Below, piece after piece: positions 39,801 to 49,402 of a stretch of DNA of 64,000 nucleotides. Under the pieces are notes generated by a model that saw only the letters and a program-made list of their open reading frames with translations, was not told where the DNA came from and ran no database searches. The translations under genes and the position numbers were made by a program. The stretch is from Antedon mediterranea. Its lineage: Eukaryota > Animalia > Echinodermata. The stretch is from positions 15,314,001 to 15,378,000 of the forward strand of contig NC_092674.1 in the NCBI RefSeq assembly GCF_964355755.1, in the 5' to 3' direction. The stretch's first letter is position 1; each line of letters starts with the position of its first letter.

Positions 39801-39824
39801 ACCTGTTGAAAAGCTCGCACAGCC
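3819..39824 (-). CDS. KDM6A: Lysine-specific demethylase 6A / UTX-like gene, 5'-partial, 21 coding exons in window (about 1290 codons)
   Basis: Spliced translation gives UTX hallmarks: TPR region ([34 protein letters not shown]; [10 protein letters not shown]; [31 protein letters not shown]), [21 protein letters not shown], JmjC ([40 protein letters not shown]; VHWVQA; [12 protein letters not shown]) and Zn ligands (YCVNCE..CEDC). All introns are GT-AG and the phases chain correctly. TPRs favour KDM6A over KDM6B. Confidence 0.96.
4260..4545 (+). mobile_element. 5'-truncated non-LTR retrotransposon 3' fragment
   Basis: [40 protein letters not shown] resembles the PRxxSASxMF..F..LLR..RL..S.N C-terminal pattern of invertebrate LINE ORF2; AT-rich tail follows. 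Confidence 0.6.
4697..4870. repeat. 34-bp minisatellite, ~5 copies
   Basis: ttcaataggccatttcacatacataaatgatgtt repeated. Confidence 0.92.
4960..5127 (-). CDS. KDM6A: KDM6A exon, Zn-binding domain
   Basis: ttatag|GAG GAA GTA TTC..CAA CAG|gttcgt; [56 protein letters not shown]. Confidence 0.93.
5303..6607. mobile_element. Non-autonomous TIR element with TGTGACC termini, unclassified
   Basis: tgtgacccgatctggcaaa (5303) versus reverse complement of tttgccagataaggtcaca (6607), 17/19 match; no clean TSD. Confidence 0.65.
6807..7896. mobile_element. hAT-like non-autonomous element with 5-bp TSD
   Basis: tttac|cagggatgtcacca .. tggtgacatccccg|tttac; subterminal tggtcgg motifs and hairpin gctggtcgg-gg-ccgaccagc. 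Confidence 0.75.
7954..8080 (-). CDS. KDM6A: KDM6A exon, helical and Zn-binding domain
   Basis: ttgcag|T GAT GTT CTG..TGC GAG|gtaaac; [42 protein letters not shown]. Confidence 0.94.
8270..8454 (-). CDS. KDM6A: KDM6A exon, JmjC end and helical domain
   Basis: tttcag|GGT TGG TGC..ATG GTC AA|gtaag; [45 protein letters not shown]. Confidence 0.96.
8764..8908 (-). CDS. KDM6A: KDM6A exon, JmjC third Fe ligand
   Basis: ttttag|A AAT GGC..GCT GTG|gtaggt; [48 protein letters not shown]. Confidence 0.96.
9145..9902. mobile_element. Dispersed repeat with terminal hairpin and inverted repeats (possibly Crypton-like non-autonomous)
   Basis: Stem aatggtacaaataatggcat..atgtcattatttgtaccatt (9145-9239) around gacgaagccgagtt; IR ttatataacatctaaata..cctgtcatttga (9268-9301) versus tcaaatgactgg..tatttaggtgttatataa (9870-9902). 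Confidence 0.55.
10225..10538. mobile_element. piggyBac-like MITE, internally deleted copy
   Basis: TTAA|cacgttcactgccacggc .. gccttggcagtcaatgtg|TTAA; near-identical to 37125-37729. Confidence 0.88.
11340..11825 (+). mobile_element. Degenerate CR1/L2-group LINE 3' fragment
   Basis: [60 protein letters not shown], typical CR1 ORF2 C-terminus, with frameshifts. Confidence 0.8.
14088..14202 (-). CDS. KDM6A: KDM6A exon, JmjC catalytic HxE
   Basis: ctttag|GT CAT CAA GAA..TGT GAA AG|gtaatt; [38 protein letters not shown]. Confidence 0.96.
14830..14978 (-). CDS. KDM6A: KDM6A exon, JmjC
   Basis: gtacag|G TGG AAG..ACA CCA G|gttagt; [49 protein letters not shown]. Confidence 0.96.
15501..15581. repeat. 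41-bp tandem duplication
   Basis: attcagccaccactctaacagtccattatgggtggttccc x2. Confidence 0.9.
15634..15705 (-). CDS. KDM6A: KDM6A short exon
   Basis: tcttag|G AAA AGA..GAA AAG AA|gtatg; [23 protein letters not shown]. Confidence 0.92.
16309..16373 (-). CDS. KDM6A: KDM6A short exon
   Basis: ttatag|GAA GAA GCA GAG..AAT AAA AG|gtacat; [21 protein letters not shown]; phase 0/2 bridges the neighbours. Confidence 0.83.
16602..17027. repeat. 84-bp minisatellite, 5 near-identical copies, intronic
   Basis: aatagagggcactgcacaacatcaagcaatgctactcccagccacc..gaggatctaatgtg x5. Confidence 0.97.
17276..17895. mobile_element. Helentron/DINE-like non-autonomous repeat, short copy
   Basis: Start aactagatttaattc..ctatgacgaa, middle aagatccctccgcgtataatg..aaagacat and end caaaatagtgctaaggaaagaataaata..aaagattc are shared with 46576-49115. 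Confidence 0.6.
17956..18267 (-). CDS. KDM6A: KDM6A exon, pre-JmjC
   Basis: tttcag|ATT GAA TCA AAG..CTC AGG|gtatg; [46 protein letters not shown]. Confidence 0.96.
18579..18791 (-). CDS. KDM6A: KDM6A exon, start of conserved C-terminal region
   Basis: tattag|GTC ATC AAG..AGT GTT TTT|gtaag; ..[31 protein letters not shown]. Confidence 0.92.
18969..19964 (-). CDS. KDM6A: KDM6A large exon, S/P/T/Q-rich disordered linker
   Basis: ttacag|ATG CTA AAA..CAT GAT AAG|gtaaaa; 996 nt open, phase 0/0; matches ORF 18909..19964. Confidence 0.88.
20812..21033 (-). CDS. KDM6A: KDM6A exon, poly-Q linker
   Basis: cactag|AAC TCG ACC..CAA CAG|gtacct; 222 nt, phase 0/0; [10 protein letters not shown](Q12)[24 protein letters not shown]. 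The donor is weak but reading past it hits a stop. Confidence 0.82.
21466..21660 (-). CDS. KDM6A: KDM6A exon, low-complexity linker (PPPPY motif, basic KRQKKK patch)
   Basis: cttcag|GCA AGG CTT..ACC AAG|gtattt; 195 nt, phase 0/0; [30 protein letters not shown]. Confidence 0.82.
22032..24054. mobile_element. hAT-like non-autonomous element with 7-bp TSD
   Basis: catgtag|taggtatcccaatg .. cattgggataccta|catgtag; perfect 14-bp TIR; second partial copy at 61654-63020. Confidence 0.85.
24172..24265 (-). CDS. KDM6A: KDM6A exon
   Basis: tttcag|A AAT AAA ACT CTA..CAA CAG|gtatg; [31 protein letters not shown], a conserved UTX motif. Confidence 0.93.
24759..24887 (-). CDS. KDM6A: KDM6A exon, end of TPR region
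   Basis: ttatag|G GAC GCT TTA..CAA GCT AA|gtaag; [42 protein letters not shown]. Confidence 0.9.
25931..26090. mobile_element. Penelope-like inverted terminal remnant with decayed hammerhead motifs
   Basis: Same sequence as 57368-57615 (aagtttgcggtacacc..gaaaagaactgttgagtttc..gaaactcaacagttct) with a central deletion. Confidence 0.7.
26606..26737 (-). CDS. KDM6A: KDM6A exon, TPR
   Basis: gtacag|G GTA CTT TAC CAG..CAA CCA AG|gtaag; [43 protein letters not shown]. Confidence 0.95.
27154..27666. mobile_element. Kolobok-like MITE, degenerate
   Basis: tcaa|agacacttttcctac .. gggaatgtggct|ttac; colinear with 32601-33172 (gtaggcctagctggtaaacagcag, gtctagttgctg). Confidence 0.6.
27737..29112. repeat. 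51-bp satellite, ~27 highly homogeneous copies
   Basis: atgaatgtagtttggtttgtggcaggtttgagacaggtgatctgagattgc; occasional ggc>ggg variants. Confidence 0.98.
29226..30795. repeat. 49-bp AT-rich satellite, ~32 copies
   Basis: gttcattgttttcatatttactatttagcagcattgtctatgattctat; variants only near the array edges. Confidence 0.98.
32601..33172. mobile_element. Kolobok-like MITE
   Basis: TTAA|agacccattccctac .. gtagggagtggg; paralogous to 27154-27666. Confidence 0.62.
33880..34575 (-). pseudogene. L1/Tx1-clade LINE 5' end with disrupted ORF1
   Basis: Coiled coil followed by [13 protein letters not shown] and KLQRAH, then RPHILIKF in another frame: L1 ORF1 (Transposase_22-type) RRM motifs; start MPKQK near 34495; stops and frameshifts present. 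Confidence 0.8.
34588..35207. repeat. 17-bp G-rich minisatellite, ~36 copies
   Basis: gggat(a/g)gtgtccagcag; two variants in alternating runs. Confidence 0.98.
36944..37030. repeat. 23-bp tandem repeat, ~4 copies
   Basis: actattactagaatgcattgttt repeated. Confidence 0.9.
37125..37729. mobile_element. piggyBac-like MITE, 605 bp
   Basis: TTAA TSD on both sides; TIR cacgttcactgccacggc / gccttggcagtcaatgtg. Confidence 0.9.
37771..37996 (-). CDS. KDM6A: KDM6A exon, TPR
   Basis: aattag|GA TGG ATG CAC..TCC ATT GG|gtaag; [52 protein letters not shown]. Confidence 0.95.
38246..38339 (-). CDS. KDM6A: KDM6A exon, TPR
   Basis: aatcag|GGT AAA TAT..CAA TTA G|gtaag; [31 protein letters not shown]. Confidence 0.9.
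38916..38950 (-). CDS. KDM6A: KDM6A 35-nt micro-exon, TPR
   Basis: tttttag|TA AAA TTT CAT ATT GCA CAT CTA CAT GAA ATT CAG|gtaag = (I)[11 protein letters not shown]; phase fits both neighbours; not in the ORF track. Confidence 0.9.
39360..39540 (+). mobile_element. Degenerate tRNA-derived SINE fragment
   Basis: B-box-like gagtttgaatc, then gtatccttgaataagacattt and acccatgtgtacaaatgggtacc (conserved SINE central-domain-like); tcaagacacaactttgcgcc shared with the 41528 copy. Confidence 0.6.
39649..39824 (-). CDS. KDM6A: KDM6A exon, TPR (first exon found in window)
   Basis: tgacag|G GCT GTG CGA..GCT GAA A|gtaagt; [58 protein letters not shown]. Confidence 0.93.
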
Positions 39825-41130
39825 CTGTCACAACAAAAAAATATAATAATATAGGTCATAAAATAACAAACCAATAAAAGGTTTGAAAGCAAATTTAACA
39901 AGCAATATCATCATTGATAGCACTGCAACATATCCTGCACAAACGTATAATCATCAAAATATTAAAAAGAACACAATACATACCACGCACGTAAATAAAC
40001 TATACAATTCCTAGTAATTTGCTGTTTTTTTTTATTTCATGAAATGTATGTAATTCCACTGCCCACAACATTGATGGGAAAATCCCTATCAATCATCAAT
40101 GTTCTAGCTTACTATGACCTTTGGTAATAAGGCCTAGACTATGACCTTAATTACAACTTCCATCCATAGCTTCAAATAATTTGTTATGCTACAATGCACG
40201 TAACCAATAATCTCATAAATTGTTCAGAGGATGGACTCATCCATTTTAGATCAAGGTAATTTTTAACATTTATGTTAAATATGATTGACAAATATAATAA
40301 CTGTATACTGTATAATATAATAAAGTTACTGAATTTGTCAAAATGTATTAAAATGTTTATACAATTTTTCCATACTTTCTTAATTATTAAAAATGGAATA
40401 TGTTATTAGTGAACTACATGTAATCCTATTTTACTGTATATTCTTTACAACTGTTTTATTTAGTAGCTTTAAGCTTATGGCAGTTTATATTGTTAAAAAA
40501 TACACTATACTATATACAGGTCTTCTTAAATGTTTATCCGTAGAAGTAAGCAAAGTTAAAACTATAAAATAAAATCAAGGATGATTTACAATCTTAATCA
40601 GTGGTATATTATATAGACTTTAATGGTCCAATGGCAATACAAATTACAGAATAGGATTAGTATTTAAAAGCAGACTTCCTAATGTATGAAATATTTTTCT
40701 GTTTCCAATTGGCCTCTATATGACTTTAAAAAAGTATGCCGTAGTTCAGTTTGCCAGACATAATGTATTGCTGATACAGACCTACATTCTAATGACCACT
40801 AGCATTTGAAATTTGCCATACTAAAAAAATACTATACAGTAGTAGTAGAATACTAACAAGTGTAATATAAACCGTTACAGTATGTATGTACATCACAGTC
40901 TGTCACACCTTGATATGTAAATTAGGCTATACATTTAGTTGTTATTATAGTCAATACATTGACAGTATCTTGTAGTTTGTAGTGTATAGTGAGCCCTTAT
41001 ATCAGGTATTTATGTTACATAAATTGTATTTATTAGTTACTGTGGTTAGTTGTGATTTATTACATATCATATCATGATTGCAGGACCATGTTATTGCCAA
41101 TTTATGTATATTAGGCCTTAGTAAACGTTA

Positions 41131-41412
41131 AGCCTGGTTTCCATAAAATCGCTACACCGTCGGTCGCTACAGCGTCTCCATTAAAATCGATACACACGTA
41201 GATGTCCCCGACGCGATCGGGAAGACTCCCCGATTCATCGCAGTCAAATCGGCAAAGTTCAACCATGTTCAACTTTGCCGATTTTGTCGGCGATGAATCG
41301 TATACGCGTACCAAAGAATATTTAGCGCTCGCGTACTAGATCCCCGATAAATTCTAACGTTTCCATAGTATCGCTATGCTCTGTTGTGTAGCGATTTTAT
41401 GGAAACCAGGCT
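41131..41412. mobile_element. PIF/Harbinger-like MITE, 282 bp
   Basis: TTA|agcctggtttccataaaatcgctacac .. tgtagcgattttatggaaaccaggct|TTA. Confidence 0.9.
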
Positions 41413-41527
41413 TTAGAGACATGGTTTCATTGCGCCGTGCAAATTGTTTGTTTGTATTTTTAGTTTACTGGATGGATGTAGAGATTGAGTGAGTACAGCT
41501 CAAGAAATTAAATGAAAGTCTATTATT

Positions 41528-41720
41528 TACCCAGGTGTATAAATGGGAACCAAGTTAGATCAAGACACAACTTTGCGCCGATTACTAGCTGCATTATGGG
41601 AGTACAGTATGTTTCCATATATGTTTGATCCAAAAAAATAATGGGGTAATATTGTTCAGTGCTTAATTTAAAGGTTTTACATTAGGTGCTATATAAATCC
41701 AGGATATTATATTATTATTT
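41528..41720 (+). mobile_element. SINE 3' half with LINE2-like tail
   Basis: acccaggtgtataaatggg..tcaagacacaactttgcgcc..gtgctatataaat..(att)n. Confidence 0.6.
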
Positions 41721-42217
41721 TTCTGTTTTAATTGCAGGAGTTCCATGCAGAGCATAAACAAAAATATTAATATCACAAAAACCGATACTTATAATTACAC
41801 AAATGTTGAGACAACAATAATGTGAATTTGTTTTTCAGATGATAAACGGTGACTACGGTACGCTGGTACTATCCCTTGAAGACATGCAACGTATCTCTGC
41901 ATTGCAATGTAAATATAGCAACAGAGGAAATAAGAAATCTGACTACTTCCACACTTTTACACAACAACATCCTATAATTAGCAGCTAAATTAATCTAAAA
42001 ATCAAGAATAACTATTCACTGCAGCATAAAAATGTAAAAATGTACAAGTAATAATTATTAGCTATTTTTAATAATCAATTATTATATTATAGGATGCAAA
42101 AATCATTATTTGGCAGTACACTTAAACTACTTAGTAAATAAGCCATCAATTGGTTTTGGGACATTTTTATGTCACAAATTATTTATTATTTTTTATTTTT
42201 GTATAATTCAATCACTT

Positions 42218-42258
42218 GATCTTGAAAATGGTTCCATAATGGTTCCGAAACGTCGATC
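42218..42258 (+). ncRNA. Variant minimal type-I hammerhead motif in a Penelope-like terminal remnant
   Basis: gatc-TTGAAAA-t-ggttcc(ataat)ggttcc-GAAACGTC-gatc: stem I gatc/gatc, atypical core, imperfect stem II. Confidence 0.45.
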
Positions 42259-44367
42259 TTCTTGTTTTTTGTCATTAAATTTTATTGTAAAGTTATATAG
42301 TATTAGCGTCTATTAATTTACAAATTATAAAGCTAAAAAATGCTGATTAGTAACATTCCCTATTTGTTTAACTGCTGTGAGTAGTACTAGTAGACTTACA
42401 AATGAACTACGGCATTTTTACCATTTTCACATCTTAATTGTGGCGTTTAGTATGCAACTGTGTTCAGTTCAATGGCTATTAAAAATATATATTTTATCTA
42501 AAATGAATCAATAGTAACTTTTAAAAAGCTAATGCATTATATATAATAGCTCCTTAGACTGGAAAATGTCACTTTCAGTTTGTCTGGTATACTAATACTA
42601 ATAGTAATATAAGATTATTATATTGAACAGAATGTCAAATTATTTGTCCATAATTCTGCTATATAAAGGTAAAACATGCCTTACTTAAGACCACTATTGT
42701 TTTTATTATGGCGATTATAATTAAGATGACCTTAAATGAAGGACAGAGTAAATGAAAACCTTTTGTCACACATGTAAAAATAACAATGGTAATTTTTACA
42801 TGCATTGTTCTACAATCAATACATTTGAATAGTAAAGATAATACTAGAAATCATCCTATTGTGATATAAAGACTTTCCATTAATTTAAAAGTAATGCATT
42901 TTATCTTTAGAAAGTAAAAACTACAAAAAATAAGGTAAAAAACAAAACAGATTTAGGTTAAAATATTAATAATACTAGGTTGTTGTGAGAGGAAGAGGCG
43001 TATTAGGAGAATCATCTAGCTTAATTTTCATCTGTAACCCAATAAGAATCTTCTGAATTCTTAATAATAATAATATATATAATAACTCTTTAAAGATTCC
43101 ACACACGCCACTATTATTAGCACTGCAGCTACATCACTGGTTATACTGATAGTATTCCATTCAGCAGTGGTCAGATACCAACCAATTTAAAATGTGAACA
43201 AATAAAATTAAAAAACACAACACAAAAAATGTATTCATCCTGATTTTTTATATTGAACTTTAAAGGCTAAGAACACTAATTTATATTCAGTGAATCTATT
43301 TAATATGCTCTAGCCCAGTGCACAAATTAAAAACCTATTTTTAACAACAAAGAAATACCATACAAACTCACTTTGTAAAGCATTTTACAATAACATGACC
43401 TAAAGCAAATAAAAATGGCTACCATGGTGCATGACTGTGAACTGAACATACACCAGCAAGGAGAACAAAGATCAGTCAGTTTACATGTTCTTGTTTGTTT
43501 TATTCCATCAACACACTAAATAAAAATATAGTTTATGCTCAAAATAGATTTTAAATTCCATGAAATAGACAAATCATAAAAAAGATAACACCTGAGAAAT
43601 ATTTTATTTAATATGAGCAATTATTTTGTTTTACAAACAACTATCACAAATTATCAAAATAGTTTTATTGAAATTTCTACAAATGTAATGGTGAAAATGT
43701 TGTCACACTGAATAGTATATGTCTACAAACCGACAGTGATCATGTTGACAAGCAGATTCTACAATTAATTTAAACATTTCCAATGTGGTGTTGAATTTAT
43801 TAAGTGAAAAAATATGTTAATTGGGCAAAAAAGGAAAAATATATTATTATAAAACCAATTTTCGAGCCGCCTACAGTACGTTACAAAAAAAAACACCCAA
43901 AAATTAGATTAACAAGTGTACAGAAATAATTTGATTGCATCTTGAAGTTGAGAATTTATGTAGTTGATTTTGTTAATGTTTTAAAGAGTTGGTAGCATGA
44001 ATAAATGTCAATGACCTATTGTTAAATATATATTATTATTAAGAAAAAAAGAAAACGCCCTCCCTTCCCTGAAATATATTCAGAGGTTGATGCATAACAA
44101 GTACATTTTTTTGTTGGGCCTTTAGGTAAAATAAAATAATTTGTAATAGGCCTATACTGTACATTATCACATATCAATCATTAAGCATCACTCTGTTTTC
44201 AGTTATTACTTAACTATTTGATCATCTGTACTAAATAGTATTACTATATTATTTATTAATAAAATAATTATCATGCCCATTCATTTCAAATGAAGTGCCT
44301 CTATTTAAAAAAAAAAACAAATGCTCATAAAACTTATTAACTATTAGTATTATAAATGCTATAAATA

Positions 44368-44892
44368 GGGATTAGGCCAAGTTGAGCCGCCGACAAGTTG
44401 AGCCGCCGCCAGAAAAACGTTATTTTCTATGGAACGCCAAATGCTAACTTTCGCCGGTGCTCTTTCAATTTATGTTAGGGATAACCATATTATAATTAAA
44501 GATTCAATTCAATAAAATATGATATTAAAAGATTAGTAAATAAAAAATAATATTTATTTAACCTCATTCGAAAAATGTTAATACTCTATTAATTAGTACG
44601 TTGTAGGCCTACACGCGAGAAAAATTATGAGTGCACTGAATTTTTTCCTCGAAAGATTAAAAACAATTAAATTATTAAATATTACTACTTTCCTTTGCTG
44701 TGTTAATTGTGATAGGCCTATGTAATTATATATAATTTATTTTCATGACACAATAAACCAAGACCAAATGAACTTATGTACTAGGACACCATCCTAATCA
44801 CTACGCGAAATGTCGTAAAAGACGCATGCACTGGGCGTTTCATAGAAATCACCGGCGGCTCAACTTGTCGGCGGCCCAACCGGTCATATCCC
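44368..44892. mobile_element. MITE with GGG termini and 7-8 bp TSD (Merlin- or MULE-like, uncertain)
   Basis: ataaata|gggattaggccaagttgagccgccgacaagttgagccgccg .. cggcggctcaacttgtcggcggcccaaccggtcatatccc|ataaata. Confidence 0.8.
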
Positions 44893-46682
44893 ATAAATAG
44901 AAGGTTTAAAAATATGATCAGTGGCTAGGCTGTAACTATTGGGTGGGAAAAATGTTCAGTGGTTACTTCCTATGCATTGCAATAATGGCCGACTAAACGT
45001 AGCCATTCTAGTGTGAAATAAATGCGCAACTGTCTCAATTTGCAAGACCTACTGGTGTACACTCTGCTGGGAATGTAAAATATGCGAAAAAAGCCACAAA
45101 ACCACATTATTACATTGTGCTTTGGCTTTGATTCAAGATATAAACTCACGCCCACTAAAGACAGCTGAGCGACTACTACAGGCAGATTCCTGTTCTATAT
45201 ACAACAACCTATTGCCAAGTCTGCCAGCCAGCAGTCAGTCAATGAAAAGCTTTAATAATTATTACAATATCCAATTACCTGTATGATAAGACCTGATCCT
45301 AATAACAAGGAAAACAAACAGGCAGGAAAAATATATCCGGCAAAAAAAAACAATAGAAAAGCAATGGAAGAATCCAGATGTACTTCTAAAACCAGGTATT
45401 CCCAAAAGAAAATAAAAATAATTGAATGAGTGGCATATCCCTTGCTAGGATCAGGTAGTTGGACCTGCCTCACTAGTCACAGCAAAAACGATCCACTCAA
45501 CAGAAAAGCAAAGGGAAAGCTTAAAGCCCCATGCTGCTAACAAGGCTAGCCTGCATGCATAATTAATCATATAGCAAGGATTACTTTAGAACAGTCCATT
45601 GTATAAATAGGGGTGCTTAAAGGTCAATTTAATCATAATACAGTAGTAAACATTACAACACAATGGAGGTAAAACAATGTTAATTAAGTCTTAAAACTTT
45701 CTATTCAATCAAATAAAAAATCAACAATAAATGTATTAAATAATCTTTAAAATGGCAGTTAAACTTGTTTACAAGCATCCTATTCGTTTGGAGTTAATTG
45801 CTCATTGTTAAAATTATGCACACTGTAAGATTAAAATTTAATTACTTGTAATAAATATTACTGTCAAATATTGTAGTAAGGTCAAAACAATTTAAAGGAG
45901 CTTCCACTCCAGTTTTATAAAATATAAAATGGTACTGTATGCTTAATTATTTTTTGACATTATGTGGCTGTACAATAATTATCTGGTCTAAAATAATGGC
46001 ATGCCCCATCTTCATGATTAGATGAGAGTCCAACATATTAATTTGTTGCATTCGTTTTTTGTGTGTAAAGGTCTTTAGTATTGCCGCTTAGCTAATTTTT
46101 TGTAAATAAAACCAGTGACCATGTCTGTGAACATTCACAAATGAAGCATTATGTCTAAAATTCAGTAGAAACTGGGAGAGGATGGAGAGAAGGGTGGGGG
46201 ATGGGAGTATACTTAGGGGATGGCATTGTCAAAATATACATTATTCACAAATGAAGCATTATATCTGAAATTTAGTAGAAAGTAGGAGATGTGATTATCA
46301 AAATATGCTAATTATTTTTAGATTTTTAGAACATAACCAGTGTACAACATTCATAATTATTTATATAAGCAATTTGATTAGTAATGAAGCTGCCATGCTT
46401 GATAAAGTCTAGGCAGACTAATTGAACAGTAATTTCCTATGACATCATCTTGCTCTGTGAATCAAAACCTGTGAAATATTGCATTTGAACCACACTCACA
46501 ACAACCCTCAATAGATTAGAAAAACCTATAAATACATTCAAAAGATAACTAAAAAAGCAACAAAATAAGTATGTTAACTAGATTTAATTCGTTACTATGA
46601 TGAATTATAGGTTATGCATTGATTTAAATAAAGATAATCGATTTTTAAAAGATATTCAATTGATTTTGTCAGAATCTTTAAA

Positions 46683-47163
46683 TCTATTTAAAAGTGACAG
46701 AGTTTGTACGTTTGTCTGTCTGTCTGTTTGTTCGCTATACAAATCTTTGTTACTGCACGTAACCTTACATATTGGGCATCTAAATGACTGCATTTTTACC
46801 GGGCAAATTCGAAACTATATTTTCTGAACTAATTTAGCCTGTTATTAAATAATTGTCTGTATTAAGTGAATGTTAATAAATATATTATAAAATGGTTTAC
46901 AATTGCAAAATATTATTATCATAATTCTATTTAATGTGACATGTATAATATCTATTAAATCAAGTCTTATTTAGTCTGTATACATCCGCCCTTATGAGGG
47001 CGGCATCACTCTCTGTTACAAATTTCTTTTGCAAAAATCGTGGAATACTCATTCTTGTGATATATTCTTTGGTATAGAGATATACTGGCGTTAGGTGTTA
47101 TGTACTGAGAATGCTTCTCAAAACTAGTTTTGAAACCCACCCGGGGGCGGGTATAATTGCTAG
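46683..47163 (+). mobile_element. Non-autonomous Helitron
   Basis: A|TC start, (gtct)n microsatellite near the 5' end, GC hairpin acccacccgggggcgggt, CTAG|T end, no TSD; absent from the paralogous host near 17385. Confidence 0.85.
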
Positions 47164-47486
47164 TTTATAATATATGAAAGATAAACGGAAATACAATAGC
47201 CGGTATCACAATCTAATCAAAGATCCCTCCGCGTATAATGTCATAAACCACCCTTGTTACATAATAATAAAGACATTTTGAATTTTTTTTTATAAATTAT
47301 CATAAATTCTGCACACTCATGGCAATTTTTAAATGCTTAAAATTGTCTGAAACATACTCAAATTTCATCGAAAAAATAAATTGACGTTTAAAAAATTGAA
47401 AGCACACGTGCGCATGCGTTATATTATATGCGCTACGCACATATTTGTATTGTCATATGATAAAATATGACCTGAAATGTACAGTA

Positions 47487-48852
47487 CAGTACAGTAAGAA
47501 ATTACTGCTTCGTATCTACGCGTAGGCTTTCGTAGGTAGATCGTAGGTAGAACGTAGGTCATTGTTCTCTCCTACGATGTATTGTTTGTAGCCTACGATG
47601 TATTGTTCTCTCCTACGATGTATTGTTCTCTCCTACGATGTATTGTTCTTAGCCTACGATGTATTGTTCTTAGCCTACGATGTATTGTTCGTAGCCTACG
47701 ATGTATTGTTATGAAATCTAGGCTACGCCTCGATCGTAGGGTGGTTCGTAGAAGCATGGACAATGCAAACAAACAATGTATTGTTTCCTAATTAAAATCC
47801 TACCTAAAGATAGTAGGTCAATTTTTGTAGCCGTCCTACGCATCGGTTATCCTAATTTGGACGGAAATCCGCCGACGAAACGACATCGGGCCGGTGGACC
47901 TCAGCTCACGTAGAGAGAGTCGAGGCTAGGCCTAGCCTGTTTCGGCGGTCTACACTATAAATTATTTATTCCTACCTTGTTGGGTTAGCGAATTATAAAA
48001 ACAACGACACCTAGGCTAGGACACCCAACAAAATATATGCAAAATAAATATTCCATATTAAGATTAAACAATGAACATACATAATAGGCCTTTTAAAATG
48101 ATTACGACATGTATAAAGAAAAAGGCCCGACCAGAATTTGGAGGGGAAAAAACATGTGAGCTGAGCAGTTTAGAGAGAGTAGTATTATGTTTCATGTCAT
48201 GTGACACAAAATCCAGGTACACGATCTTAATTAATTACTGTTTTATCGTCGTCAGACGGTAGCCACCCTCTCGTGTGCTCGTACTGAGTAAAAAAAAACA
48301 TGTGAGAGATTGCGGTAAGCAGAGAGTATTGCGTTTCATGCCATGTGACCAAAAAAAAACTAGGTCTGTATTAATTACGGTCTTCTGTCGGCAGTCTTTT
48401 TGAGCGACCGATTGAACGTCCTGATGCTATATTTAGAATGAATTGTTTACGACCTTTTTTTCTCGGCATCGTTTCTGGGACTGGACGTTCGTTGCGGTTC
48501 ACCTGTGTTGGATCGTGTCTCTCTCTACGTTATACATCGTGGGAAATTTATATTTTTATTCACCGTTGAGTAGGTAAACATGCACGAAGGAAAAGATTAC
48601 GATTAAAAAATATTATTTATTTTTTATAAATTTACAACTTTGTCCTCCGCCAGTTAAATTTAACATATTAATTTCACACCTTACTTCACTAAAAAAACAT
48701 CGTAGGGTTGTTTATTTAGGTTACGAACTCCCTACGAAGTTCAGAACGTAGCTCATTGAAAGTTGTTCATTGAGGTTACGAAGCCAAACAATGGAACCTA
48801 CGAAGCCAACAACGTAGCCTACATAAAGTTGCAGTATTTTCTTTCTGTACTG
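47487..48852. mobile_element. TA-flanked TIR element with CAGTAC termini and subterminal cctacg/cgtagg repeats
   Basis: TA|cagtacagtaagaaattactgc .. gcagtattttctttctgtactg|TA; 21-bp tandem (cctacgatgtattgttctctc-type) at about 47560-47710. Confidence 0.8.
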
Positions 48853-49402
48853 TATATGTACCAAATTTGGTTTAATTATAATACATGGTCGTGAAGATAT
48901 GATTACGAATGTGATTTTGTTAAATCACGCGTAGACCAAGTAATTTTTGATTGCGCACCATGAAAAGATAACCACATTGATTCCTGGCCATAAGGAATAT
49001 ACTCTGAAAAATTGACGGCAGGTAGATTAAATTGATCAAGATAATTGACGGACAAAATAGTGCTAAGGAAAGAATAAATAAAGAAGTAAAAAAATAAAGA
49101 TTCAGACATGATAATGCATTAACTTAATTATGCTAATAAGTGTTATTAGAAGGCAGATTTCTCAAGTACAATGTCTACCATAGAAAAATTTGGACAAATT
49201 ACAGACATACGGAGATGAAGGTAACTACTACGGAAATAGCTATATATACAGAAATGATTTTGTCTAAAATTATGGAATGTGTGTGGGTATATATTACATA
49301 GGCTAATTTGCCTCTTGTGACTCACAGTCAGTTATGCTCAGAATGGTAGTAAAGTCCTTATTTGACCAATACTTGTGCAATTGCAGATGTTGCGTTTACT
49401 AA

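Larger units (their letters stand above)
46576..49115. mobile_element. Helentron/DINE-like repeat interrupted by two insertions
   Basis: Both ends match 17276-17895; interrupted by 46683-47163 and 47487-48852. Confidence 0.6.
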
